Shown here one piece after another: positions 23,679 through 35,640 of a stretch of DNA of 64,000 bases. A model generated the notes under the pieces. That model was not told the DNA's origin. It made no database searches and saw only the letters and a list, made by a program, of their open reading frames with translations. The stretch spans positions 62,001 to 126,000 of the forward strand of contig MU058139.1 of assembly GCA_013265495.1 (NCBI GenBank), given 5' to 3'. The position numbers and the translations under genes are program-made. Within the stretch, counting starts at the first letter, position 1, and each line of letters opens with the position of its first letter. Source of the DNA: Vicugna vicugna. Its lineage: Eukaryota.

Positions 23679-24324
23679 GTAAGATAACTTTTTTGAAAAC
23701 ATACTAGAAAAATAATTCTTTACATGTAATTATTAGAAAAGACTGGGCTATATGTTACATTATGATACAATTTGTTGTTCAGTTGTTAACTGAACAAAGT
23801 TCAAACTGCACAAAGTGGAAGGAAATCAGAATCTATTGTTCTAGGCATATTACTGAGTTCTCTCTCTCTCTATATAGATATAGATATAGATATAGATAAA
23901 TTATAAACGATTGGATACAGATAATGAATTTGCTCACAAATATTATCCTGGTTTCATAGATGTAGAAAGTGAGTTCTAGAGTTGGGATTCATATTAACCA
24001 ATTTATGTTTAAGGACCATGTTCCTTGCACTGTATCAAGCTGCCTTTACAAGAGTGACTGGTCAGAGAATCTATTATTAATGTTAGTAATTAGTCTTTGA
24101 GATTGATGCTCTTTGGTGATGCAAAATTAACCTTTGTAACATGTTTTGCTGGATGAGTTCGGCTTAGCTTTGTACTCCTCACAAGTTGCCTTTGTTCTTT
24201 AGGCCAACCTGTTCTCAGGAAGCACTGTATTCTGGTGACTAGGGCTGCTTTAGTTTGGACCCCTGGCTTTGCCACTGGGTATAGGGGCCCAGCAGGCATG
24301 GAGCAGTGGAGCCTACTAAGTATC

Positions 24325-24605
24325 TTTGTTTTTGCTTTTATTGAAGTACGTCAGTTACAATGTGTCAATTTCTGGTGTACAGCACAAAGTCCCAGTCATG
24401 CATATATATACATATATTTGTTTTCATATTCTTTTTCATGAAAGGTTATTACAAGATATTGAACACAGTTCCCTGTGCTATACAGCAGAAACTTTTTTAA
24501 AATCTATTTTTATATATAGTGGCTAACATTTGTAAATCTCAAACTCCCAAATTTATCCCTTCCCACCCCTTTTCCCCGGCAACCATAAGATTGTTTATTA
24601 TGTCT
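24325..24605 (-). mobile_element. Young 5'-truncated L1 tail with TSD, inserted in a MIR
   Basis: ttttattgaagtacgtcagttacaatgtgtc...; flanking tactaagt at 24314-24321 and 24610-24617. Confidence 0.8.
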
Positions 24606-24734
24606 TCTGTACTAAGTTAGGATCTTTCCAGTGAGTTGGAATTCCCTGTTCTCCACCTGCCTGTGGGCCCAGGCAAGTTACCTAATCCTTTTGATCTCCA
24701 TGTCTGCATCTCACAAACTGAGGGTGACTGAAAT

Positions 24735-24996
24735 CAGTGGTTTTCAATCCATGTCCCACAGTGGGGCTTAGAGGCAGTTAGGGGTTGGAGGGGTGTGGGT
24801 GTCGATGGGGGTAGAGGATATCATTTTGAGGTGCCTACTGACTGTGCTTCATCAACAGAACAGCTGTGTGTGTGTCTGTGTGGGTCTGTGTGTGTACCCA
24901 TGGCACACCCTCAACCTCTCTGTCTCTGCCCTGATCCTAGATGAGATTTTGTTTGAACAAAAGGTTCTACATCTAAAAATAGTTGGAAAAACACTG
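24735..24996. mobile_element. hAT-Charlie-type MITE within a MIR
   Basis: Terminal inverted repeats cagtggttttcaa / ttggaaaaacactg. Confidence 0.55.
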
Positions 24997-25063
24997 AACC
25001 AAATAGTCCTTAAGATTCCTTCCAGCTCTGACTTTCCATGAGCTTATGAAAGCAGTTTTACAG

Positions 25064-25203
25064 ATAGAGAATCTCCCTGTCTTCAATTTAATTAAAATGT
25101 AATCTTTAAAATTTGCTGCAAAACAGTGTTTGATTGGAAATTTCAGAAACAGCCTCAAAGAGAAAAATCAATGTCAAAATCTAGGACTGAGTCCTTTGAA
25201 ATG
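25064..25203 (+). pseudogene. Fossil exon s (phase 0-2, one stop)
   Basis: ttttacag|ATA...TG|gtaaag; IENLPVFNLIKM*SLKFAAKQCLIGNFRNSLKEKNQCQNLGLSPLK. Confidence 0.55.
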
Positions 25204-25310
25204 GTAAAGCTATAAGGCACACTGTGTGGTGTCTGTGCTTTTCAGTGGAAAATCTATGATTAAATATCCTCTTGATGACAATTAAAATTTTTTTTCTTTT
25301 TCTTCTTCTG

Positions 25311-25493
25311 GGTTAAGCGTAAGATTGTATTCACAATCAGAATTCCCTAAAATAGACTCCACATCAGAAAAGTATTATTCTATCCAGACACCATGAAATT
25401 CCTATTTTTCCATCTGTACTTTTTCTCTTAGCAATTTATGTCATTGACAGAACACACCTGCTGTTTCCTGTTTCCTTTGTGTCTCTGAATAAG
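25311..25493 (+). pseudogene. Fossil exon t (phase 2-2; dead acceptor ctg, three stops)
   Basis: Strong pyrimidine tract; WVKRKIVFTIRIP*NRLHIRKVLFYPDTMKFLFFHLYFFS*QFMSLTEHTCCFLFPLCL*I AG|gtgact. Confidence 0.5.
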
Positions 25494-25703
25494 GTGACTA
25501 GATGTCCACCAGAGAAAGAAGGGAAATGTTTGGCTACAAGATTTGCTTTTATTTGAGTTCCTTTTACTCTATATTTGGGGGGGCACTTAATTTAAATGAG
25601 TGTTCAGTATGCAGTAATCAAATAGTTGCTGCATATTTCAGCACTGTCCAGTTATTGATGGGCTAACTATGAAATTCTAGGCTTCAAGAGACGTCACTCT
25701 TGA

Positions 25704-25899
25704 GTAGTTCTGTCCAATAGAACTTTCTGGGATGATGGAAACCATCTCTATTTTTCCTGAGCCCATGCTGGAGCCACCAGCCACATGGGCTACTCAAAAC
25801 ATGCCTCGGGAAACTGATGAACTAAGTATTTGTTGTTAATTAAGTTAATTTAAATGTAAGCCACCAGATGTGGCTAATGGCCACCCTATTCATTGTAGC
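25704..25899. mobile_element. MER3-like hAT DNA transposon
   Basis: ctgtccaatagaactttctgggatgatggaaa...agccacatg...atgtggctaatggccacc. Confidence 0.8.
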
Positions 25900-26162
25900 T
25901 TGGAATCAATGAAGTTGGTCAAATAGTCTTATGCTTAGGGAGATGGTATTAAATTGTTTTTTATTATTGGTACTTTAACAGTGAGACACAGATGACAGAT
26001 TTTACCCTTAAAAGTTTTTAATTAAAATTTTCTTCAGTGCCTGACACATCAAAGGGTCCATAAGTGGACTGGATGGTGTTAATAAGTTTCCCCTCAGGTC
26101 CACCCCACGTCTCACCTACTCATGCATCTGGGATGAGGTCACTTTAACAATTTTTTCCTAAG

Positions 26163-26496
26163 ATGGCCAGCCCTGTAGATGTACCTTCACAGCTGCCGTG
26201 GTTTTCCTGGGAGTTAAGAGCTGAGATGGGGTCTCTCTTACTAGGGATGCTGCTGTCTGTCTTCCTACTTTAGATGCATCTGTGCTCAGCACTCCCCTAG
26301 TCATGCCTATGGCTTCCCACATCCAGCCTGTATTCCACACTGCTCCTCGCCCTGGCTACCCCTGGATGCCTCCCACAAGCTCCCTCGGAGCCCTTAAATC
26401 TCGGTGTCCATCTGGACCACCTTACATGCTGATCTGACCTTGTTTGGGCCCTGAGTTCAATTCTGGCTCCTAAAACAAGCATCACCAAACTGGAGC
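26163..26496 (+). pseudogene. Fossil exon u (334 nt, phase 2-0, five stops)
   Basis: ttttttcctaag|A TGG...AGC|gtgagt; its length exactly bridges the phases of both neighbours. Confidence 0.55.
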
Positions 26497-26614
26497 GTGA
26501 GTGACTCCAGGGGTCAGAGTCACGCCCTACAACACGGTTGAAGGGACTGAGAAGGCATCACTTAGAGAATGTCACTATATGGACACTATTTATCACACAC
26601 ACATAGACATTTAT

Positions 26615-26810
26615 TTTGGGCTCAGCACTGGGCAAAGTGCTTTTAATTCTCACTGAATCCCCATAGCAACTGCATGTTCTATTTTCACACATCTTAGGCT
26701 CAGAGAGGTTAAGTGACTTCCCCAAAGTTACACAGCTAGGAAGAGGCAGAACTATGATTTCTGATCTACATTCTTTGGCTTTCGAGCATCTAGTCTTAAC
26801 CACAGTGCAA
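26615..26810 (-). mobile_element. MIR SINE
   Basis: aggctcagagaggttaagtgacttccccaaagttacacagctag. Confidence 0.8.
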
Positions 26811-27061
26811 TTCATTACAGAAGGGGGGTGGTTCTTCAAAATCAGTGCAGAGGGCAAATCTAAAAGGGACTGGATTTTACATGACTATAAGTTAGAGTTT
26901 TCTAATAATTCAAGCTCTTCACCACCAAAGAGCTTACTTTGTGCAGTATGCGAGGCCCCTCATTAGCATGCTGGTGGATCAGGAACTGGTCAGAGGCATT
27001 CTGGAATAAATGTCTGGAATAGTCACGTGGTCGATGAGCTCTCTGAGTCTTTCCAATTCAG

Positions 27062-27340
27062 ATTTCTTCTGAATATGATTTCCTTTCTCTCGAGGGCATT
27101 CGTTGCCAATTTATTCCCCTAAGACTACGTTTTAATTTTCTAGGCCATTCATAAAAACCATTCTTCTTTGTAAAACCAGAGTGTAATTTATTCACTACTC
27201 AGATTGGCATAAGCAGGGTGTTCTCTCCCTGCAGGCAATCATATGTAGGAACCTGCATCATGTTTCCCTGGGGAATAAAGAATGGCCGAGATCACAGAAT
27301 CTCAAAGATGGTGGCAAAAAGTATTTTAAGCATTTGGCAG
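27062..27340 (+). pseudogene. Fossil exon v (93 codons, only one stop; donor CAG|gc degenerate)
   Basis: ctttccaattcag|ATT; ISSEYDFLSLEGIRCQFIPLRLRFNFLGHS*KPFFFVKPECNLFTTQIGISRVFSPCRQSYVGTCIMFPWGIKNGRDHRISKMVAKSILSIWQ. Confidence 0.65.
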
Positions 27341-27778
27341 GCTTTGTTTAATTTTGTTAGATATTAATGATCAGTGACAGGCAGGAGAGGAAGAATAAAA
27401 TATCATCAGATTTTAGGTTTACAATGAGCCCTTTAAATAAGTGAGAGTGTGCTATTACCATTTTAATGTGCCCCTCGGTCTTTTATTGTGCCCCTTAATT
27501 ATTTCTGATATGCTTCATATATGCAAGGTTTTAAGTAGCATTTTTTAAAGCAAAGTGTATTTTCTATTTTGAAGGAAAATGCACTGAATATTTTAAAGTT
27601 CAATTTTTACTGTTTGTATTTTCAAAAAGTATGTTCAGTTTCTCTGATTAGGATAACAGCTCTATTGGGTAGATCACTGAGGATAACTTTATAGAAGATT
27701 ATAGGATTAGAAAGCTTTTTTTCTCCTGTAAGAACATTTGGGAAAGAATAATCAATATGTATCTTTTTTTTTCTTTAT

Positions 27779-27990
27779 CTGCCCATCCCACATTCCTCCT
27801 TGGTTATTCCCAATTGTGGCACCCCCAACTCACACAATTTGTGCCAGTGTTTGGAAGAGAACGCATACAGAATCCAAGGGGGCAGACTGCCTACAGATGC
27901 TTCCATGGAGATAGTTGTGAATTGCGATGATAAAGTTTTTGTTCTTAAAGTGATTATCATGGGTGATAAGCTTTAGAAAGAAAATACCAG
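27779..27990 (+). pseudogene. Fossil exon w (phase 0-2; dead acceptor tat, one stop)
   Basis: LPIPHSSLVIPNCGTPNSHNLCQCLEENAYRIQGGRLPTDASMEIVVNCDDKVFVLKVIIMGDKL*KENT AG|gtaaag. Confidence 0.6.
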
Positions 27991-28085
27991 GTAAAGAGAA
28001 GATGTGGCATATATAAGACAAACATTGGGCTAGAACCATCTGAAAGGATTTAGTGATAGGAAGAGGAGGGGTTTGTATTTTAGAA

Positions 28086-28413
28086 TGTAATAGAAAATAA
28101 CATTTGTTTTGTTGGAGGTTTTACAGGGACACCATGACCCAACCCACAAGGACAGCTGCAAGAACAAAGGATTCCAAGAACAAAAAACTTCTACACCAAG
28201 AAGTTTGCAACAGACAACCACACCCCCCTTCCTTTTTAGTATAAAAGGAGCCTGAAATCTGACTTGAGGAAGATGATTCTCCAGGACGTTAGTCTGCCTT
28301 CTTCTCAGTCTGTCAGCTTTCCAAATAAAGTTGCTATTCCTTGCCCCAAAACCTCGTCTCCTGATTTATTGCCCTATCATACAGCCAGCAGAATGAGTTT
28401 GGACTCCGTAACA
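28086..28413 (+). mobile_element. ERV1-class solo LTR (MER41-like laurasiatherian family)
   Basis: TG...CA ends, 4-bp TSD agaa (28082-28085, 28414-28417), TATAAAA 28240-28246, AATAAA 28324-28329. Confidence 0.85.
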
Positions 28414-30149
28414 AGAAGACTGGGAGGGGGTGTACTGGGGAACTGAAACAAGTTTCGGGGGGTAGGATACTAGCCTGGGAGCACAGAAGGAAGCTTCTGC
28501 TTGAAGCAAGGGTCTTGAAGAAGGCTGGGGTTTCTAGGCAGGGTAAAAGAGTAAGCAAGGAACCTGAGAAGTGGCATTTGGGGAATGCCGAGGCCTCTAG
28601 TTTGTGGGAGCATTAAAGAAGAGGAAAAAGCAAAGTTAAGGCAAAAAAGTAAATCTGGGGCTACATCGTGAAGACCCTTAAGTATCAGAGTGAACAGTTT
28701 GTAATCAGCTTGTGTGTGGATGAGGTTCTACCTCCCTTCTGCTCAGGAGGTTGGTATTTTTCATGAACTCTTCCATATATTTCTGTCTTCTGGCCTACAA
28801 GGTAAGAATGCTACACAGATTTTAGATTTATTTACTATACTGATTGATGACTATATAAATCACTTTATACAACTTTCTTTATATTTTACGCCCTGATCTG
28901 TATCTATGGTACTCGAATTATGTAATCAATATTAGAACAGTCTGTTTCATGCATTATATAGTTTCTGGGTATATGATTTCTATAAGCTGAGTTGGTTTAA
29001 AAGCATATTTGCTTAAAGCAGATTTCTAAAATGTCTTCTTTCTAGATCATTTCAATTTGAGCAGATAATTAGCGTGTGGCCCAATCAGGACTCACTTTTT
29101 AAAGTCCTAATTCAGCCACAGAATCTTAGAGCTACAGGGCCCTTAAGCAATCATTTCCCCTTCTTCCTTCCTCTTTATTGTGCAGATGATGAAGAAACCA
29201 GGCTCACCGCCAAGGCACACAACCAGTAACTGGCAATGCCAGGGCTGAGACACTGTTCCCCAGTATCTTTCACACCACTCCACTTTTCTGAAATATATGG
29301 CCAACAAAAACCAAACATTTAAAGTCCAATACACATTTACAGTGAAAAATTTCATAGTACACATCAAAATGGATCAGTCAGTTCCACAATTCAGATACAG
29401 TTATATGACAAGTGGTACCCCCTCAAACAAAAGTGAACTTGTGGGCACAACAGAAAAACACTTCACAGTGAGATCATGCCTTCTCCTGCGTCTGACCATG
29501 TTTTCTTAGTTTGGAATTTAGCTAACAATTTGGTCACTGGACCATCTTGGAGAAGCCAGGCCCTGGCACTTGGAGGGCCATAAATAGTTCTACATTATAT
29601 TACAGCAGACCCTTTGTTGGAGGTATTTTCCAAGCTGAAGTATAATGAACCCCACTAGCAATTAAGCAGGCATCCTTTGTATTAGCTCGCCTTGGGCTCT
29701 GCAGCATATGTGCTGTTTTCTGCACTGGAACCTTCAGGACCTTCTCTGGGGAAAAGACTGGTTTATCCCCATGACCTGAGTGCGGGCCCAACACGAGGCA
29801 CGTGATACGTGCTCAAGGCTAGTGGAAGAGAGGTGTGGACACTTCAGGCTTCCAAGGGGCGAAAAAGCAGCATGCTTAGAGAAATGAATTTTTTTTTCTG
29901 GATTCTAACTTGTGACATTCATTTTGGGACAGAGGCAGATTTCACCCTTCTTCTGAGCCCTGGATTATGTTTCTCCCTCCCAAGACCCCTGAATACAATT
30001 TAGAAGGAAGACGGAGCCTAAATCAGACCACAGAGTGGCTCCCATTCACTTGGGAGGCCTTCGTGCTTCCTGCTCTTCGTTCACTTGGTGACCCCTGCCA
30101 GCCTTGAGCCCCTAGAGCTGCCCTGTAAAGTTCTGAGCTTGAGCTTTAG

Positions 30150-30560
30150 GAAGGGGGGAATTGAAAAGCCGCGGAACCAGAAGCGAGGGAGAGGCGGGGC
30201 CGAGGGGGAAGGCGAAACAACGGGACCGGAAGGACTAGCTCGGAAGCGCCGGCCGGCGGCGGCGGCATGGAGCCCCTGCGGGTCCTGGAGCTGTACAGCG
30301 GCATTGGGGGTATGCACCACGCGCTAAGAGGTAAGGGGGCACAGGGCGCCTCTATCTGCACTTGTGCGTTGGCGCTGGTCTGAGCTCGGGCTCCAGGGAG
30401 GGGAGCAGCGGCGAGACGCTTGGGGCGGAGACTGGCGGGGGAATGGAGGAGCGGCGCTCGGTCCTCGTGGAAATCGTCCGGCGCGGCGCCCTGCCTCCCT
30501 CAGCGAGCCTGGTCCGAAGCGCGGGCGGGGCACCGGGCTGTAATGTTTGTCAGTCCTGAT
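30150..30560 (+). promoter_or_regulatory. TRDMT1 CpG-island, TATA-less promoter
   Basis: CpG-dense; GC box gaggcggggc 30191-30200; ETS-type cggaag at about 30227 and 30241. Confidence 0.85.
30267..30330 (+). CDS. TRDMT1: tRNA (cytosine-38-C5)-methyltransferase (DNMT2), exon 1
   Basis: MEPLRVLELYSGIGGMHHALR (motif I, SAM binding); AGAG|gtaagg; 64 nt. Confidence 0.98.
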
Positions 30561-33035
30561 CCGCAAGGCTTGGCTGAAAAGCCCAACCGAAATGGTACTG
30601 ACAGAGGGGGAAGGGCGAGGCCCTTGCCCTGTGCCAGTGCCCAATTCTGAGTGTGGCTGTCACCCGGGGGCTTGGAAACTTGGTCCTTTACCCTCGAGGA
30701 AGTCAGCCAGGAAAGAGAGGTCGCTGGGCAGGGCTCTGCTGGTGAGGGCTGGATTGACATAGCGATGACTACATGCAAGCTAGGAGTTAGTGAACACAGG
30801 GTGGAACTATAGGTGAAGCCTAGAGGAAAGTCCTGGTCAGTTCTGATAATTGAAAAGAAACGTCTTGTCTTGATACATCACGTCTAAGTACATTTAGGCT
30901 CCAGAAGCACTGAGTTCAGACTTAGTTGCAATGTGACCTTGGGCTAGTTCCTCAACATTTTTGAACCTGTTTCCTGGTTTAAAAGCGTGAAAAGTAGTTC
31001 TTTCAGAAATGCATTATTGTGAGGATTAAAGAACAAGTGGGTAAAGTTTATAATTATGCCTGGTACACTGTAACCACTCAAAATACTATAAAGTATTCTC
31101 ACTATTTTATGTACCTCTTCCATTTTGAGGTTTTTAAATGTCTTTGGTCCTGAGTTGGAATCACAACGGTTATTTTCTGTGATACTCGCTCAGAAATATT
31201 TATTGAGCTCCTCATCGGTCCCAGGTACTGAGCTAGGCACTGGAGAATACAGAGTGACAAACAGACTTGGGATGTGCATGTTTATTCTTAAATTACCAAG
31301 ACAACCACAAAACTGAAACTTCCCTGCTTCCTTTTTTAGGACCAAGGGTAACAAGAGACTTGTACTGTAAGATAGAGACAATATGTGATGTGTTGGGCAC
31401 ATCAGTTTTCTAAGCATTATTGAGTTTTGATTCTGGAAGAGGTTCGTGATTATTAAATTTGTATTACGTACCTATTTGATGGCTCTCTATGTTCAGTTCT
31501 CATGCCAAAACTTACCAGCAGGAAAACACAACAAAATTTTAGTACTATTTGCTCTCTTAGTTAATTTTCTAATGTTGTATGTTAGCATTCCCCGCCACAT
31601 CTTGAAATCCTTTAATGAATGTGACTTTGAAGGTTGCTTAGTGCTTTATCATAAGCTATAATTCAGCCACTCCTTAAGTGTTGAATGTTAGCCTTCCCCC
31701 CATTTTTTGCAAGTATAAATGTGTTACAGTAAATCTTGATTGTCTTTTTCCTGTGTTTTCTAGAAGTCGAATTAATTTAATAAAAGATCTAAAAGTTGAA
31801 TTCATTAATTCAGTGTGCTGACTTGTGCTGATTTGACTGGCAATGTGCTAGTTACTAAGTCAAAAATTGTGAGAATTTTTTTAAAAGACTTGATAATACA
31901 GGAAGTTGCTTTGGGGAGGTTTCTGAGTGCCGCCCTCGAGTACATTTTCCTTAGGATTTGTATTATCCCTTTTTAACCTTTGTGAATTTGACAGGGGAAA
32001 TTGTATAATTTTAGTTTGCATTTTGGGGGAGTTAAGGAAACATATTCTCTCTTCTATCAGCCAATGCAACCTGAATTTGTACACAAATTTCTATTATCAC
32101 TGCTGCTACCCCAAATCTAAGCTGTATCATCTCCTCCTTAAATTAGTAAAATAGTTTCCCAACTGCTCCACTGCTTCCTTCCACTCTGCTTTCCTACCCC
32201 ATCCTTTCTCCATGTAGCAACAAAGGGATCTTTTGCGCAGTAAACTGGAACACGTCACTCCCAGCTTTCGTGGTTTCCCTCTGAGGTTAGAATCTCAGTC
32301 CCCTCTTCTTAGGCCTATGAGGTCTGGCTTCTGTCTGCCTCTTCGACTACTTCTACCACTCTCCCCTGGTTCTCTCCCAGGAGAGGTTTCTTCCTCCACG
32401 CTCCTCAGACCCTCCAAGTTCCTGCTATGTTCTGGCCTTTGCTTTTGCTCTTGTCTCCCCACAGAGTGCCCTCACCCGAGGCTTTTCCGCCGCAGCTGCG
32501 TTTCATCTTTCGCGTCTTAGTTCATTCGTGGCCTCTTCAGAGTCGCCTTCGTTGGCTGACCCTGTGATCCAGAGTAGCCTTCCTGCTGCCTCTCTGTCTT
32601 GCCATCTCTCATCTGATGGTTTGATGTCTGCATATTAGGGATGTTGCGTCTTAATCACCCCACACGTTTGCTGTCCAAAGTTCATTTCTTTGATGTATCA
32701 GAGTTTTCCATTTTTCTGTAATAGAATGCATTGCTGTTTTCCGTGGGGTTTTTAATACAATAATACAAAGTAATAACAACGGCAGTTAACTGCAGCAATT
32801 ATTAAGGACCTTTCACATGTCGGGCTCCGTTTTAAGTGTGTAATAAGCTAGTTGGTCATGGAGCCAGTGTTGTAACCTAGGTCTCTTTACCTGACCTCTT
32901 CACCGTGCTATGCTGCCACTTTCCTGGTTAGAGCCACTAATTGAATCTACACCTTAAATGACAGTAAAAAGCAGCCAACAGGGATAATACTGAATTTAAA
33001 TTTTGACAGATTTCTAGATAAGGTTTATGACTGAC

Positions 33036-34350
33036 CTTTTAAAATTGTGGTAAAGTATACATAACACAATCTGTACTAGCTATTTTTAAGTGTACAATTC
33101 AGTGGCATTAACTACTACATTCACAATTTTATGCAACCAAAACCACTATGCTTCCAGAAGTTTTTCATCATCCCAGACAGAAACTCTGTACTATCAAGTA
33201 ATAACTCCGTGTCTCACTTCCCCCAATCCCTGGTAACCACCATTCTACTTTGTCTCTATTCATTTGTCTATGATAGGTACCTTAAATAAGTGTAATTATA
33301 CAATGTTCTTTTGTGTCGGGCTTATTTCACTTAGTATAATGTTTTCCAGGTTCACCCATGTTGTAGCATGTATCAATACTTCATTCCTTTTTATGGCTGA
33401 GTAGTATTCCATTATATGCATATATCATATTTTGTCCATTCATCTGTTGATGGGCACTTGGGCTGTTTCCACCTGTTGGCTATTGTGAGTAATACTGCTA
33501 TGAACATTGGTATATATGTATCTGTTAGAGTCCCTATTTTCAGTTCTTTTGAATATATACTGAGGGGTAGAATTGCTGGGCTGCAGTGAAGGAAGCAGTT
33601 TCATGAGTTACACAGCAGTGGAGCCTACAAGGGCACCTGCATATATGAATGGTTAACAAATGAGAATCTGTCTTTGTCATAAAATTTAATATCAGCGAAA
33701 GAGTAAACTGTGGTTTAAGGTGGTGAATAAAGGAAAGTTCTAGCTGATTGCTACTGTATATATAGTCAACTACTGACACAGCCTTAAAACCAAAAAGTCT
33801 TGCCCTACCAAATAATTTTGAAAGGTCTTTCAAGGTACTAGTATTGAGTTTTAGCCACATAATCACGTTTAGTAAGAATTACCTGGCCTTAATATTTTCT
33901 GTTAAAATGACCTCATTTGTCACTCAGTTATTTTCTCAGTCTCTTTTGTCTTTATTTCTCAGTGAATTCTGTGTTTAACTTTCTGAGTAGCTACCAGGCT
34001 TTTCCATAGTGACTGCATAATTTTATATTCCTAAGAGTAATGTATGGAGAAATGTTCCAGTTTCTTTTATCTCCACATTCTTGACTTGTTATTCCATTTT
34101 TTGATAATAGTCATCGTAATGGATGTAAAACAACATCCCGTTGTGGTTTTGATTTGCATTTCCCTAATAACTAAAGAAATTTAACATTTGTTTCATGTGC
34201 TTTTTGGCTGTTTATGTATCTTCTTTGGATAAATGTCTGTTTAAGTACTTTGCTCATTTTGGAATTGGGGTCTTTTTATTGTTCTATTGTATGAATTCTG
34301 TATATAATTTTATGACATATATGATTTGCAAATTATTTTGTCTGACATAA
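33036..34350 (-). mobile_element. L1M (L1MB-like) 3' portion, interrupted at about 33584-33960
   Basis: ttttaaaattgtggtaaagtatacataac...gttgtagcatgtatcaatacttcattccttttt...gttttgatttgcatttccctaat. Confidence 0.85.
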
Positions 34351-35640
34351 GTGAATTTTACCAGTTATAGAAGGTACATTTACTTTCTTTGGTAGCACAA
34401 CAGATTTGCCCCAAACCCAGTGGACATTTTAATAAGTCAAGAAACATTTTTCATCCTTAGCTGTATGTGTAATATGCTATTGTAGTGTTGTAGTAACTAC
34501 ATATATGCTTCTATATCTTTGAAGTTTCTTTTAACTTTATTTATATCTGTGTTCTGTATCTTCATGTCTATTTATTAACACAGTCCACATCCTATGGTAT
34601 TCCCCTTCCCGTTCAGCCTCTAGCACAGAACCACCCTTGTGACAGGTTCTCTGTAGATGACCGTTAAGTTTATTATTGAATTGGTCATTAGTCTACTATC
34701 ATGTTGGTAGCCCCCGTTTTTGTATGATACTAAATGCTTAGTTGCAAACCACAGAATCCAAGCTGTAGCTAACATAAGTGGAGGAAAAATTATTAAAGGA
34801 CATTTGGAACCTCACAGAATTTACAGGACACCCAACAAACAGGTTAGGTGAGCAGGAGCTCTGCTCAAACCATTCTGGGCACTGCCCCACAAACCTTCAC
34901 ACTGCTCTCACGGCTTTCACCGGTGATGCTGGGGACTGCGTGTGAGACATGCCATCACAGTGTTCCCCTGAAAGTTGGATCTCTGCCCCTTGCCTCACCA
35001 AAAAGATGGATTTTCTCGTTTCCTTCCTCACCTTGCTGCTTCTGAGTTGAACTGACTGGTGGACATGAGATCTCATTGCCAGACTAGGACAGCCAGGAGA
35101 GTGAGTTCTGGCTTGTTTTGGGAAGAAGGAACTTGTATGTGGCAAAATTTTGAAAGATAGGAAACATAAACAAAGATTCTAAATGGCCACAAGTGTAACA
35201 AATGTCATTAGTCTCTTTAATACATACTTGCCTCTGTGCAGGAACCACTCATTACCACTTTGATAGTCTTTATGCCTGCGCAGTCTGTAAAGTTTTGGCT
35301 AATGGGAATCTTCTAGGTGAAAACATCTTCCAGAAAACAGTGGAGGAAGCAGTTTCATGAGTTACACAGCAGTGGAGCCTGCAAGGGCACCTGCATGTAT
35401 GAATGTTAGCAAGTAAGAATCCATCTTTCTCATAAAATAAAATATCAGCAAAAGAGTAAAATGCGGTTTAGGTGGTGAGTAAAGGAAAGCTCTAGCTGAT
35501 TGCTATTGTATATATAGTCAAAACTGGACAGCAATAAAAGCAAAAAGTCTTGCCCTCCCAAATAATTTTGAAAGGTCTTTCAAGGTATTAGTATTGAGTT
35601 TTAGCCACATAATCATGTTTAGTAAGAATTACCCGGCCTT
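33584..35640 (+). repeat. Dispersed direct duplication of about 305 bp (33584-33890 and 35338-35640)
   Basis: Colinear from cagtg(a/g)aggaagcagtttcatgag to agaattacc(t/c)ggcctt, about 90% identical by eye. Confidence 0.95.
34727..35160 (-). mobile_element. Old MaLR LTR (MLT1K/L-like)
   Basis: tgcttagttgcaaaccacagaatcca...tattaaaggacatttgg...ctcacagaat. Confidence 0.5.

Larger units (their letters stand above)
4770..27990 (+). pseudogene. Multi-exon unitary pseudogene of an unidentified large protein (about 23 exon relics, about 1,700 aa)
   Basis: Chain of AG...GT-bounded segments with compatible phases, protein-like translations, in-frame stops and single-base frameshifts; repeats confined to the inferred introns. 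Confidence 0.75.

Noticed and set aside
4770..27990. Intact gene obscured by assembly errors
   Set aside because: Homopolymer indels could be errors, but dozens of substitution stops and several dead acceptors cannot be, and the VIM and TRDMT1 exons in the same assembly are clean
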